DNA of 64,000 nucleotides from an uncultured candidate division Zixibacteria bacterium (GTDB taxonomy: Bacteria > Zixibacteria > MSB-5A5 > RBG-16-43-9), in contig OY970208.1 in the NCBI GenBank assembly GCA_963713865.1, positions 1,888,001-1,952,000 on the forward strand, written 5' to 3'. Made by a program: the position numbers and the translations under genes. Under the pieces are notes generated by a model, which worked only from the letters and a program-made list of their open reading frames with translations, ran no database searches and was not told where the DNA came from. Below are positions 38,972 through 48,951 of this stretch, piece after piece. Each line of letters opens with the position of its first letter. Positions within the stretch are counted from its first letter, which is position 1.

Positions 38972-41068
38972 TTATCTTTTTCTGCTCTGGTCTGGCAAAA
39001 GGCAGGCTTTTCTGGAAAGCTTGATTTTTCCTTCGTTATCTATGCCGATTACCTTGACATTCACCTCGTCTCCAACATTAAGAATATCTTCTACCCGGTT
39101 TACCCTTTTGGTATCTAACTCCGAGATGTGAACCAAACCATCCTGTCCTGGAATTATCTCTACAAAAGCTCCAAATGGGGCAATTCGCTTAACCTTTCCC
39201 AGATAAACTTTACCAACTTCCGGCTCCTCAATCAATTTATAAATAAGCTCCTGAGCCATTTCACCAGCCTTAGGGTCTTTAGCCGAGATGAACACGCTCC
39301 CGTCATCTTCTATATTTATCTCCGCTCCGGTTTGCTCGATTATTCCTCTTATATTCTTACCACCTGGGCCAATTATTTCACCGATTTTATCCTGCTTCAC
39401 CTTGAAGATAATGATTCGCGGGGCATAAACTGAAAGCTCAGGCCTGGGTTTGGCAATAGTTTTCTCCATCAGGTCCAGGATATATAATCTGGCTTCCCGT
39501 GCTTGTAACAAAGCTTCTTGCATAATATTCAGATCCAGTCCGGAGATCTTTATATCCATTTGAAAAGCAGTGATCCCTCTACAGGAGCCGGTTACTTTAA
39601 AATCCATATCCCCGTAATGATCCTCAGCACCTAAGATGTCCGTAAGGATAATGGTCTTTTCCTCCTCCTTGATCAGCCCCATGGCAATCCCTGCTACCGG
39701 AGCTTTAATCGGAACCCCTGCATCCATCAAAGACAGAGTGGCACCGCAAACCGTAGCCATAGAGGAAGAGCCGTTCGATTCAAGAATATCGGAAACGATA
39801 CGCACAGTGTAAGGGAAAACTTCTTCCTTGGGAATCACTGGTTGAATAGCTCTCTCAGCTAAAGCACCATGTCCGATCTCCCTTCTTCCCGGACCTCTAA
39901 CCGGCCTGACTTCTCCTACGCTAAAAGGCGGGAAATTGTAATGTAACATATAGCTCTTAGTCGATTCCCCCTCTAAATCCTCTATCTTTTGTTCATCCAT
40001 CTTGGAGCCAAGAGTAGTAACTGCTAAGCTCTGAGTTTGGCCCCGGGTAAAAAGAGCTGAGCCATGGGCTCTGGGTAAAACTCCCACTTCACAGCTAATC
40101 GGACGTATTTCCTTTGAAGTTCTGCCATCAATGCGCAAGCCCTCTCTCAAAATCATCTCTCTGATATCTTTTCTTTCTAACTCTATGAGAATTGAGGCAA
40201 TCTTCGTTTCGCTTTCCGGAAACTTTTCTGCCAGCTCAAGCATAACCGATTCTTCCATCTCATCCAGAAGGCTCTGACGTTCAGATTTATCCACAGTTCG
40301 ATTTGCCTTTTTTATCTTCTCCAGGGTTAATTTGCTTACCTCTTCTAAAAGCACCGGATCCATAGGCTCTGGCTCAACTTTAGGTTTCTCTTTCCCCCAA
40401 TCCTGGATTATTCTCTTCTGCAGTTCTATTATTTTTTTAATCCCATTATGCCCGAAATCCAGAGCGGATAACAGATCCTCTTCAGAGATTTCCTGACATC
40501 CTCCTTCAACCATAACTATGTTCTTTTCAGTTCCTGCAACCACCAGATTTATATCGCTTTCTTCCAACTGGGAGAAAGTAGGATTTAAAACTAAGTTCCC
40601 TTCGATCCTTCCAACCCTTACTGAAGCAATCGGTTCATAAAAAGGGATATCCGAGATACTGAGAGCAATAGAGGATCCTATAATCCCCAATATATCTGCG
40701 TCATTTTCCTGATCTGAGGAGAGGACCATAACCATTACCTGGATCTCATTCAGATAACCCTCTGGAAATAAAGGCCGCAAAGACCGATCGATGAGTCGGG
40801 CTGAAAGTATCTCTTTTTCAGTGGGCCTTCCTTCCCTTTTGAAAAAACCACCTGGTATCCTGCCAGCAGCATAAGCTTTCTCCCGATAGTCAACTGTTAG
40901 CGGAAAGAAATCCTGCCCTTCAATTACCTCTTTAGATGCTACCGCAGTAGCTAAGATCATGGTATCAGCTAAGCGAATGATCGCCGCTCCATCAGCCTGT
41001 CGGGCAACCTTGCCTATCTGGATAACAAGTTTTTTACCATCCAAATCTAATACATAACTTTCTTCCAT
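38972..41068 (-). CDS. pnp: Polynucleotide phosphorylase
   Basis: FFPLTVDY, PGGFFKREG, FTRGQTQ, RREIGHG, ESNGSSSMA, KH+S1. Confidence 0.98.
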   Translation of the reverse strand: MEESYVLDLDGKKLVIQIGKVARQADGAAIIRLADTMILATAVASKEVIEGQDFFPLTVDYREKAYAAGRIPGGFFKREGRPTEKEILSARLIDRSLRPLFPEGYLNEIQVMVMVLSSDQENDADILGIIGSSIALSISDIPFYEPIASVRVGRIEGNLVLNPTFSQLEESDINLVVAGTEKNIVMVEGGCQEISEEDLLSALDFGHNGIKKIIELQKRIIQDWGKEKPKVEPEPMDPVLLEEVSKLTLEKIKKANRTVDKSERQSLLDEMEESVMLELAEKFPESETKIASILIELERKDIREMILREGLRIDGRTSKEIRPISCEVGVLPRAHGSALFTRGQTQSLAVTTLGSKMDEQKIEDLEGESTKSYMLHYNFPPFSVGEVRPVRGPGRREIGHGALAERAIQPVIPKEEVFPYTVRIVSDILESNGSSSMATVCGATLSLMDAGVPIKAPVAGIAMGLIKEEEKTIILTDILGAEDHYGDMDFKVTGSCRGITAFQMDIKISGLDLNIMQEALLQAREARLYILDLMEKTIAKPRPELSVYAPRIIIFKVKQDKIGEIIGPGGKNIRGIIEQTGAEINIEDDGSVFISAKDPKAGEMAQELIYKLIEEPEVGKVYLGKVKRIAPFGAFVEIIPGQDGLVHISELDTKRVNRVEDILNVGDEVNVKVIGIDNEGKIKLSRKACLLPDQSRKR

Positions 41069-41078
41069 TTTTTTCTCT

Positions 41079-41348
41079 CTAACCTCTTAAGTTTAATTCT
41101 TCAACGATCTCTCTATAACTTTTAATATCTGTCTCTCGTAGATAATCTAAGAGTCTTCTCCTTTTGCCCACCATTTTGAGCAATCCTCTTCTGGAGCTGA
41201 AATCTTTTTTATGTGATTTCAGATGTTCGGTCAGCTCACTAATCCTCTCGGTAAGCAGGGCTATCTGCACTTCGGGAGAACCGGTATCCATCTCGTGGTA
41301 CCTGTGTTTCTCTATCAATTTAACCTTTTTAGCTTTTTCTAATGGCAA
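41079..41348 (-). CDS. rpsO: 30S ribosomal protein S15
   Basis: [33 protein letters not shown]. Confidence 0.98.
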   Translation of the reverse strand: MPLEKAKKVKLIEKHRYHEMDTGSPEVQIALLTERISELTEHLKSHKKDFSSRRGLLKMVGKRRRLLDYLRETDIKSYREIVEELNLRG

Positions 41349-41361
41349 GTTTCCTCCTTTT

Positions 41362-42297
41362 TTACTTATTTAAAAGTTGTCTGATGTTTTTTTCATCTTT
41401 AGTTAACTGGATTTGTAGCTCTTTTAAATTGCCAAATTTTTTCTCCTCTCTTATCCATTTCTGCAGGTAAATCATTAGTTGATCTGGTATCTTATTGCCC
41501 TGGTAATCAAATAGATTTACCTCCAGGCTCAGCTTCTCCTCCTTTAAAGTAAGTTTTCTTCCCAGGTACATCATCCCATAAAACTTCTCATTTTTTATTT
41601 CTACCTCAACGCTGTATACCCCTTTTTTGGGGAAAAGTTTTTTTTCTACTACTTCTAAATTTACAGTAGGATAACCGATCTCCTTACCAATTCCCTTCCC
41701 TTTAACAGGTTTCCCGGCGACGAGATAACTGTGCCCTAACATCTGGCAAGCTTTTTCAAAATCACCACTTAAAAGTTCCTTCCTTATCCTGCTACTGCTG
41801 ATCCGGACGGAATCCATCCTAACTGAAGGAACAATTCTTAATTTGTAATCAAACTTCATGCTTGCTTTTTTAAGAAGCCCCATCCCTCCGGACCGATCCT
41901 TTCCAAAAGCATGGTTCTCTCCAATTATCAGTTCTCCTATGTTTAATCTTTTTATCAGTATTTCTTCGATAAAATCTTCAGCCGATAGAAGAGAAAACTC
42001 TTTAGTAAATTTCAGAACTAAAACCCCGGATAGCTCTCTCCCTTCAGGTAAAGATTCCAAAAGCTTTAGCTTCTCCTCTAAGGTTGAAAGTATCAAGGGA
42101 GAATTTTCAGGAGAAACTACTCTCTGAGGATGAGGCTCATAAGTAACCAGAAGGGTATCCCTTTTCTTTTCCCATTTCTCCTTAGCCAGTTCTTTCAGTA
42201 TAGCTTGATGACCCAGATGAACACCATCGAACGTTCCCAGAGTAACGATCGGTTTTTTCCAGAGTTCAAGCTCATCTAAATCAAAAAATACTTTCAT
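41362..42297 (-). CDS. ribF: Riboflavin kinase/FAD synthetase
   Basis: [24 protein letters not shown]. Confidence 0.96.
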   Translation of the reverse strand: MKVFFDLDELELWKKPIVTLGTFDGVHLGHQAILKELAKEKWEKKRDTLLVTYEPHPQRVVSPENSPLILSTLEEKLKLLESLPEGRELSGVLVLKFTKEFSLLSAEDFIEEILIKRLNIGELIIGENHAFGKDRSGGMGLLKKASMKFDYKLRIVPSVRMDSVRISSSRIRKELLSGDFEKACQMLGHSYLVAGKPVKGKGIGKEIGYPTVNLEVVEKKLFPKKGVYSVEVEIKNEKFYGMMYLGRKLTLKEEKLSLEVNLFDYQGNKIPDQLMIYLQKWIREEKKFGNLKELQIQLTKDEKNIRQLLNK

Positions 42298-43226
42298 CTT
42301 GCCAGCACCCTTATATATTCAACGATTTTATCTTTTTTATCTAACTGCGGTAACTCCGCAGATGATTTAATCGCTCTCACCATAGCTAAGATTTTGTTTT
42401 GATTATTCTTTAAACATAGCGTATCCCCTGGCGAAAACTCCTTCTCAACTGAGATGATATCCTTAAATTTTAAATCTGGTCCATTTTTTATCTTTTCCGA
42501 AAATTTGTCAGTAATCTTTATGGTTGGCAGAGAGTTCAAGACATCTTCTACGCGGATGAGGTAATTTTGCAACTTAGAAGGATTAAAGTTCCCACGAATC
42601 TTTTCGATGTCTAAAGCGTCCTGTAATTTGAAAGGACCTATCCTGATTCGAGTTAGAGAGGTAAGATGTGCTCCGCAATTTAATTTGGAACCTATATCCT
42701 GTGCCAAACTTCTAATATAAGTTCCCTTAGAACAACTTATCCTGAGATCTACAAAAGGCAAGAAAAGCTTAAGTATTTCTATGGAAATTATCCGGACCTT
42801 TCTTGGCTCTTTCGTTACCGGAGTACCCGCTCTGGCATAATCTGATAACCTTTTACCCTGGAATTTAAGAGCAGAATAGGGTGGAGGTGCCTGCCAGATC
42901 TGCCCCCTGAATGATTCTATTACTCTTCTCACCCGATTCTCGTCCAGATTAAGATTACTCAGGTTACTCAAAATCTTTCCCTGAAAATCATATGTATCCG
43001 TGGATACCCCTAATCTTATTTTAGCCAGATATTCTTTATCCAGGTTTTCCAAGAATTGAACCACCTTTAATGCCTGACCCATGCAGACCAGAAGGAGTCC
43101 AGAGGCGAAATTATCCAGAGTACCACAATGCCCCATTTTTTTCACTTTCAGAACTTCGCGAAGCTCATCCAGGGCGGTGAAAGAAGTAATTCCAGCTTTT
43201 TTGTTAAATAAAAGAATCCCATCCAT
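42294..43226 (-). CDS. truB: tRNA pseudouridine(55) synthase
   Basis: GHCGTLD, PPYSALK, CSKGTYIRSL. Confidence 0.96.
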   Translation of the reverse strand: MDGILLFNKKAGITSFTALDELREVLKVKKMGHCGTLDNFASGLLLVCMGQALKVVQFLENLDKEYLAKIRLGVSTDTYDFQGKILSNLSNLNLDENRVRRVIESFRGQIWQAPPPYSALKFQGKRLSDYARAGTPVTKEPRKVRIISIEILKLFLPFVDLRISCSKGTYIRSLAQDIGSKLNCGAHLTSLTRIRIGPFKLQDALDIEKIRGNFNPSKLQNYLIRVEDVLNSLPTIKITDKFSEKIKNGPDLKFKDIISVEKEFSPGDTLCLKNNQNKILAMVRAIKSSAELPQLDKKDKIVEYIRVLAR

Positions 43227-43232
43227 AATATA

Positions 43233-44210
43233 TTATATTTGTTCCTTAATATTTTTTAAAATCAACTTTTTAGCTGAATTCAAATCATGATTAAGAGTAC
43301 AGCCAGCTGCATTTTTATGTCCGCCACCTCCAAAAATTCTGGCAAGCGAGGCGACATCAAAAGAATTCTGAGATCTCAAACTAACCTTGGTAAGAGTTTT
43401 ATTTTTTTGCTTGAATAAAGCCCCTACTTCAACTCCCTTTAGAAAAAGGGAATAATCCACAAAACCCTCGATATCTTCGACTGGGACTTTAAAATCCTTT
43501 AAGTTCTTTTGGCCGATCACCATAAAAGACACTTTCCCGTCTTCCAAGACCTCAAGATTTTGAAGGACAAAACCCAACAGTCTCAAGGCTGGCTCCGAAT
43601 TGTTGTAATAGATTTGATTATTAATCACCTTAGGATTTGCACCACGACTTATCAAATCCGCACAAATTTTCAAAGACTTCGGAGTAGTGTTGGAAAATCT
43701 AAATCTTCCCGTATCAGTGAGAATAGCCGAATAAAGCTGAGTGGCTACCTCTTTATTCAGCTTATAACCAGCATAGATTAATAATTCATAAATTATCTCG
43801 CCTAAGGCGCTGGCTTCTGTATCTATACAATTCAGATCCCCAAAAGCAGAATTGTCCGGGTGATGATCAAGATTGACGATTTTGTTACCCTCACGTATAA
43901 GCTCTCTTACTTTCCCAATCCTTTCCAGATTTGGGCATTCTAAAACAAAAACCATATCCGCATCCCAGGTTTTGATTGATGGGGAATCTAAATCCTCAAT
44001 CGATCTTTTATCATCTAAGAATAAATAGCGTGAAGGTGTTTTACCCCAGTTGATTATCCTGACTTCCTTGGCTAAACTATCAAGCCAGCCTTTCAAAGCT
44101 AACTGTGAGCCAATCGAATCACCATCTGGATCTATATGAGAGGTTATCAAAATCCTTTTGGATTTTTCAACCAATTCTATAATCTGATCAGATTTCTCCT
44201 TCATCTTCAT
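43233..44210 (-). CDS. nrnA: DHH-family oligoribonuclease/pAp phosphatase
   Basis: HIDPDGD, DHH, TDTG, SLRS, GGGHKNAAG. Confidence 0.93.
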   Translation of the reverse strand: MKMKEKSDQIIELVEKSKRILITSHIDPDGDSIGSQLALKGWLDSLAKEVRIINWGKTPSRYLFLDDKRSIEDLDSPSIKTWDADMVFVLECPNLERIGKVRELIREGNKIVNLDHHPDNSAFGDLNCIDTEASALGEIIYELLIYAGYKLNKEVATQLYSAILTDTGRFRFSNTTPKSLKICADLISRGANPKVINNQIYYNNSEPALRLLGFVLQNLEVLEDGKVSFMVIGQKNLKDFKVPVEDIEGFVDYSLFLKGVEVGALFKQKNKTLTKVSLRSQNSFDVASLARIFGGGGHKNAAGCTLNHDLNSAKKLILKNIKEQI

Positions 44211-44559
44211 TCCTGGAGGTCTTTTGCACCTGTTTTAAAAGTTGTTCAATTCGCTCGGCTTTTTCAATGGTATGATCATATTCAAAACTGATCTCCGGCG
44301 TATGTTTTAGCCTGATCCTTTTTCCTATTTCTCTCTGGATATAACCTTTGGCACGCTTTAAACCCTGCTGACTTTCTTTTTTAGCTTTTTCATCACCCAG
44401 CACCGTATAGAAGATTTTGGCATATCTCAAATCATCCGTAAGCTCTACATCTATTACCGTGATGAATCCTAATTTTGGATCTTTCAAGCCATGTAAGATA
44501 ATCTCTGAGACATCTTTTCTGATCTGATCACCTATCCTTGAAGACCTTTTGTATTGCAT
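44188..44559 (-). CDS. rbfA: Ribosome-binding factor A
   Basis: KDPKLG.IT...V.LT.DL..AK, LKHTPEI.F.YD. Confidence 0.95.
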   Translation of the reverse strand: MQYKRSSRIGDQIRKDVSEIILHGLKDPKLGFITVIDVELTDDLRYAKIFYTVLGDEKAKKESQQGLKRAKGYIQREIGKRIRLKHTPEISFEYDHTIEKAERIEQLLKQVQKTSRNEDEGEI

Positions 44560-44560
44560 A

Positions 44561-44842
44561 TTACCTTATCTCCATCGAATAATCCAGCACCACCACACCA
44601 TTCTCTTTATGGAGTAGCTCGACTAGCTGTGAGAGTATTTGATTGACGAACTTCCCCTGGTTAGCTACAATTGCCACCCCTAAGGTTGTCCTTTGCCACA
44701 GATCGTTATTCTCCACTTCAGCTATTGATACGTTAAATCGATTTCTAATGCGATCTTTAATCCTTTTTAAGATCCGTCTTTTACTTTTTAGTGAACCGCT
44801 TTCCGGGAGATGAATTTCAATAGAACAGATGCCAACTACCAT
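44561..44842 (-). CDS. DUF503 (YlxP) protein
   Basis: SLKSKR...RFNVSIAEV..NDLWQR; conserved position after infB. Confidence 0.92.
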   Translation of the reverse strand: MVVGICSIEIHLPESGSLKSKRRILKRIKDRIRNRFNVSIAEVENNDLWQRTTLGVAIVANQGKFVNQILSQLVELLHKENGVVVLDYSMEIR

Positions 44843-44852
44843 ATATCAAATT

Positions 44853-47096
44853 CTAATTTTCTAACTTACGAGCCAGCTCCGTAATCTCATAAGCCTCGAT
44901 TATATCGCCAGTTTTAAGGTCATTAAAATTTTCGATCTTTACGCCACATTCGAATCCAGAATTGACTTCTCTTACATCCTCTTTAAATCTTTTTAAGGAG
45001 GAAATAAGTCCTTTGTATATATTTATACCATCCCTTATCAGCCTAATCTGATCCCCTCTTTTTAAACTTCCACTCAGAACATAAACCCCAGCCACCTGAC
45101 CGATTTTGGAAACCTTAAAAACATTCCTTACCTCTGAGGTCCCGGATATCTGCTCCTGTCTCTCCGGTTCTAAGAGTCCTTCTAATAAACCCTTGATATC
45201 TTTTTCTGCCTCATAGATTATGTTATAGAACTTAATTATCACTTTCTCTCTGTGGGCTATCTCTCTGGCTCGAAAATCAGGATGGACGTGGAAACCGATG
45301 ATTATTGCTTTTGAAGCTAAAGCCAAAAGAACATCGCTTTCGTTTATTGCTCCAACCCCTTTATGAATCACCCTCAATTTAACTTCCGGAGATGAGATCC
45401 TTTCCAGAATATCAGATAGGGCTTCAACCGAACCATCCACATCCCCTTTGATGATTACTTTCAGTTCTTTGATCTTTCCTTCAGCAATCTGATCGTAGAT
45501 CGTGCCCAAACCGGCTTTTTCTAAGAATCTGTACTCCTGTTCTCGCTTCAGTCTTGATCTCTTACTGCTGATCTCCCGAGCTTCTTGCTCATCTTTCATC
45601 ACCATAAAAGAATCTCCAGCTTGAGGAACACCAAACAAGCCTAAAACTTGAATCGGGTTGGAAGGACCTGCTTCCTTCATGTAATTCCCTCTTTCATCTA
45701 ACATTGCCCTTACTCTACCAAAATATGAACCGGCAACAAAAATATCACCTATTCTCAAGGTTCCCTTCTGAATTAAAACAGTTGCTATGGGACCTCTTCC
45801 CCGATCTAACCTTGACTCTATCACCACCCCAGAAGCGTTCTTAAAAGGGTCTGCTTTTAATTCTAACATCTCAGCTTGCAAGAGTACCATCTCCAGAAGG
45901 CGATCTATACCCTGACCAGTTTTCGCTGAAATCTCGCGGATAATAGTTTTACCACCCCACTCCTCTGGGATTAAGCCATATTTAGCGATTTGGTGTTTGA
46001 TCGTTTCACTATCCGCACCAGGCAGATCCATCTTATTGATCGCCACTATTATTGGTACTCCAGCGGCTTTGGCATGATCGATAGCCTCTATGGTCTGGGG
46101 CATTACACTGTCATCTGCCGCAATAACTAAAACCACAACATCGGTTACTTGAGCACCTCTAGCTCTCATAGCTGTAAAAGCCTCATGACCAGGGGTATCT
46201 AAAAAAGTTATTTTCCCTTTAGGCAGGACAACTTCATATGCTCCAATGTGTTGAGTAATTCCCCCAAATTCACCTGCAATGATATTACTTTTACGAATGT
46301 AATCCAGAAGGGAGGTTTTACCATGGTCTACATGCCCCATAATAGTGACTACTGGAGGGCGAGATCTTAAATCTTGGACTTCTTCAACCTCCTCCTTAAC
46401 TCCGTATTCTTCGATCTCTTCTACTTCAAACCCAAACTCTAAGGCAATAGTCTCCAGGGTATCCAGATCCAGCCTCTGATTGATACTGGCAACAAAACCT
46501 AACTCCAAACATTTACTGATCACCTCTGCTGGTTTAACCCCTATCAGATTTGCCAGTTCAGCTACAGACATATATTCTGTCACCTGTAGCTTTTTAGCTG
46601 GCTCTACCTCCTCGGTTATTTCATCTCTTTCCCTCTTTTTATATCTCTTCTGTCTTTTTAAACTATCTATTTGCGCCAAAGTCTTTTTAACGCTCTCTTC
46701 AACTTCTTTCTGATCAACTTTTCTTTCTGGTTTAATTTTCTTAAATTTCCCTTTTCTCCGCTTCTCAAAAGATATAAATTCTTCCTTCTTTTTTACATCT
46801 GTATCTCTGGGTTTTAATTTTTCTTTAACACTTTCTTCCCGGTAACGTTCTTCGGCCATTTTTTCTCTTTCTTCCAGCTTCTTCCGCTTGAGCACATCTT
46901 CTTTTTTAAGCTCCTCCTTCTCTTTTCTGAATTTATCCTCAATCGCCCTTAACATCTTCTCTTCCACCACGCTCATATGGCTTTTGACTAAAAAGCCCAA
47001 TTCCTTCAGCATGGATAGAAGAGCATCGCTGGAGATATTATAATCCTTAGCTACTTGATATACTCTTTTACTGCTCAATCTTTTTGCTCCTTTCAT
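44853..47096 (-). CDS. infB: Translation initiation factor IF-2
   Basis: RPPVVTIMGHVDHGKTSLLD, DTPGHEAF, NKMD. Confidence 0.98.
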   Translation of the reverse strand: MKGAKRLSSKRVYQVAKDYNISSDALLSMLKELGFLVKSHMSVVEEKMLRAIEDKFRKEKEELKKEDVLKRKKLEEREKMAEERYREESVKEKLKPRDTDVKKKEEFISFEKRRKGKFKKIKPERKVDQKEVEESVKKTLAQIDSLKRQKRYKKRERDEITEEVEPAKKLQVTEYMSVAELANLIGVKPAEVISKCLELGFVASINQRLDLDTLETIALEFGFEVEEIEEYGVKEEVEEVQDLRSRPPVVTIMGHVDHGKTSLLDYIRKSNIIAGEFGGITQHIGAYEVVLPKGKITFLDTPGHEAFTAMRARGAQVTDVVVLVIAADDSVMPQTIEAIDHAKAAGVPIIVAINKMDLPGADSETIKHQIAKYGLIPEEWGGKTIIREISAKTGQGIDRLLEMVLLQAEMLELKADPFKNASGVVIESRLDRGRGPIATVLIQKGTLRIGDIFVAGSYFGRVRAMLDERGNYMKEAGPSNPIQVLGLFGVPQAGDSFMVMKDEQEAREISSKRSRLKREQEYRFLEKAGLGTIYDQIAEGKIKELKVIIKGDVDGSVEALSDILERISSPEVKLRVIHKGVGAINESDVLLALASKAIIIGFHVHPDFRAREIAHREKVIIKFYNIIYEAEKDIKGLLEGLLEPERQEQISGTSEVRNVFKVSKIGQVAGVYVLSGSLKRGDQIRLIRDGINIYKGLISSLKRFKEDVREVNSGFECGVKIENFNDLKTGDIIEAYEITELARKLEN

Positions 47097-48360
47097 TTGT
47101 CTTGCCAGGTTGAGCAGGGGTCAAGTATCTTTTGGCAGATTCTATTAAAGATCGAGCCTTTTTTTCACCTACTCCCTCGATCTTCATCAATTCCTTAAGG
47201 TTGGTTTTAGCCAAGTCTTGAACGCTATCGATCCCAGCTGAGAGCAACTTTTCCTTGAGCTTCTCACCGACTCCCTGGAGTTCGGTTATAACGATTTCTG
47301 GTCCGGTTTCTAACTTTTTCTGTGCTTTATAATCGGTTTCACTTAATATGTTAATCTTCCAACCGGTTAGTTTGGAAGCCAGCTTGGCATTCTGTCCACC
47401 TTTACCAATAGCTAAAGATAGTTTATCATCTTCAACTACTGCAACCATGCTTTTCTCATCTGGATAAACATCTAACTTGATGGTCTTGGCTGGAGCTAAT
47501 GCTCTGGTCACAAAATTTTCCGGGATCGCACTCCAGGGAACAATGTCTATCCTTTCGTTACTCAGTTCCCGGACGATACTCTGTACCCGAACTCCTTTGA
47601 CTCCTACACAGGCACCCACTGGATCAATCCGGTCATCTATGGAGCTTACCGCTATTTTGGATCTCTCCCCTGGCTCGCGGGCTATAGCCTTGATCTCGAT
47701 TATCCTCTCAAAGATTTCCGGTACCTCTAACTCAAATAATCTAACCAAAAGTATCGGACTCACTCTGGAAAGAACGATCGAAGGACCTTTAGCACTTTTT
47801 TCTACATTAAGGATACAGGCCCTAATCCGGTCCCCCTGCCTGTATTTCTCTTTCTGGATTTGTTCTTTTGGCGGAAGAATTGCCTCAGCCTTACCCAGGT
47901 TCACTAAAATATTACCCTTTTCTACCTGTTGAATAGTACCAGTTACCAGCTCACCTGCTCTATCTTTATACTCTTCGTAAATCTTTTCCCTCTCCGCTTC
48001 TCTGACTTTCTGGGTTAATATCTGTTTAGCGGTCAATATCGCATTTCTACCAAACGCTTCAAATCCTATAGGGATTATAATCTCTTGACCTAATTCAGCT
48101 TCCTTTTCAATTTTCTTGGCTTCTTCTAAAGATATCTCTATATTTGGATCAGTTATCTTATCCACTATTTTTTTTGTGGCAGATATCTTGATTTCGCCAG
48201 TTTTTAAATCTACTTTAACTTTTAGATTGTCTGCATTTCCAAATTTCTTCTTCGCTGCTAATAAAAGACTTGATTCTAAAGTCTCAACTACATATTCCAT
48301 CTCGATATTCTTATCTTTGGTAATCTGCTGTAAAGCTTCTAAGATCTCAGAACTCATCAA
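47068..48360 (-). CDS. nusA: Transcription factor NusA
   Basis: FGRNA, LFELEVPEI, AREPGERSKIAV, DPVGACVG, AIGKGGQN. Confidence 0.98.
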   Translation of the reverse strand: MMSSEILEALQQITKDKNIEMEYVVETLESSLLLAAKKKFGNADNLKVKVDLKTGEIKISATKKIVDKITDPNIEISLEEAKKIEKEAELGQEIIIPIGFEAFGRNAILTAKQILTQKVREAEREKIYEEYKDRAGELVTGTIQQVEKGNILVNLGKAEAILPPKEQIQKEKYRQGDRIRACILNVEKSAKGPSIVLSRVSPILLVRLFELEVPEIFERIIEIKAIAREPGERSKIAVSSIDDRIDPVGACVGVKGVRVQSIVRELSNERIDIVPWSAIPENFVTRALAPAKTIKLDVYPDEKSMVAVVEDDKLSLAIGKGGQNAKLASKLTGWKINILSETDYKAQKKLETGPEIVITELQGVGEKLKEKLLSAGIDSVQDLAKTNLKELMKIEGVGEKKARSLIESAKRYLTPAQPGKTNERSKKIEQ

Positions 48361-48370
48361 ACTACTCCTC

Positions 48371-48826
48371 TTAAATTATAATTTTCCCCTTCTCAATTTT
48401 CTCCCAGTGGATAGCTACAACCTCGTTCTCCACCTTTAACATGACTCCTTCTTCACGGACACTAACTATTTCTCCTGTAAATTCAGTTTTTTTCTCTAGT
48501 GTAGCTTTAAGGTAAACCTTAACATTTTCTCCTATTTTTCTCCTGAAATCATCCAAGCTCAAAAGCGGTCTATCTAAACCTGGAGAGGAAATCTCCAGGG
48601 TATAGCTTTCTTCGATTAAATCTTCAGTATCCAGATAATCAGAAAGCTTATGGCTCAAATGAACACATTCTTCAATATTTACTCCACCTACTTTATCTAC
48701 ATAGATCCTCAGGAGTGAATGGGGTGGTTTCCCCACAAGTTCCAACTCCACAAGTTCCAACTCCTGCTCTTTAATTAAAGACAAGAGCTTTTCTTTTAAA
48801 ATCTCTTCCAATTCAGACAAAATCAC
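48371..48826 (-). CDS. rimP: Ribosome maturation factor RimP
   Basis: LRIYVDK, YTLEISSPGLDRPL. Confidence 0.96.
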   Translation of the reverse strand: MILSELEEILKEKLLSLIKEQELELVELELVGKPPHSLLRIYVDKVGGVNIEECVHLSHKLSDYLDTEDLIEESYTLEISSPGLDRPLLSLDDFRRKIGENVKVYLKATLEKKTEFTGEIVSVREEGVMLKVENEVVAIHWEKIEKGKIII

Positions 48827-48951
48827 TAGCCCTCAAAACAATATTATACGCTTCAGACTTTTAAACCTTTGACATTTCGACACTTAAAAGAGTGGGGAAA
48901 CCCACTCTTTCAGATAATATAATTACCTTAGTTCTAAAAAGCAACTATTTT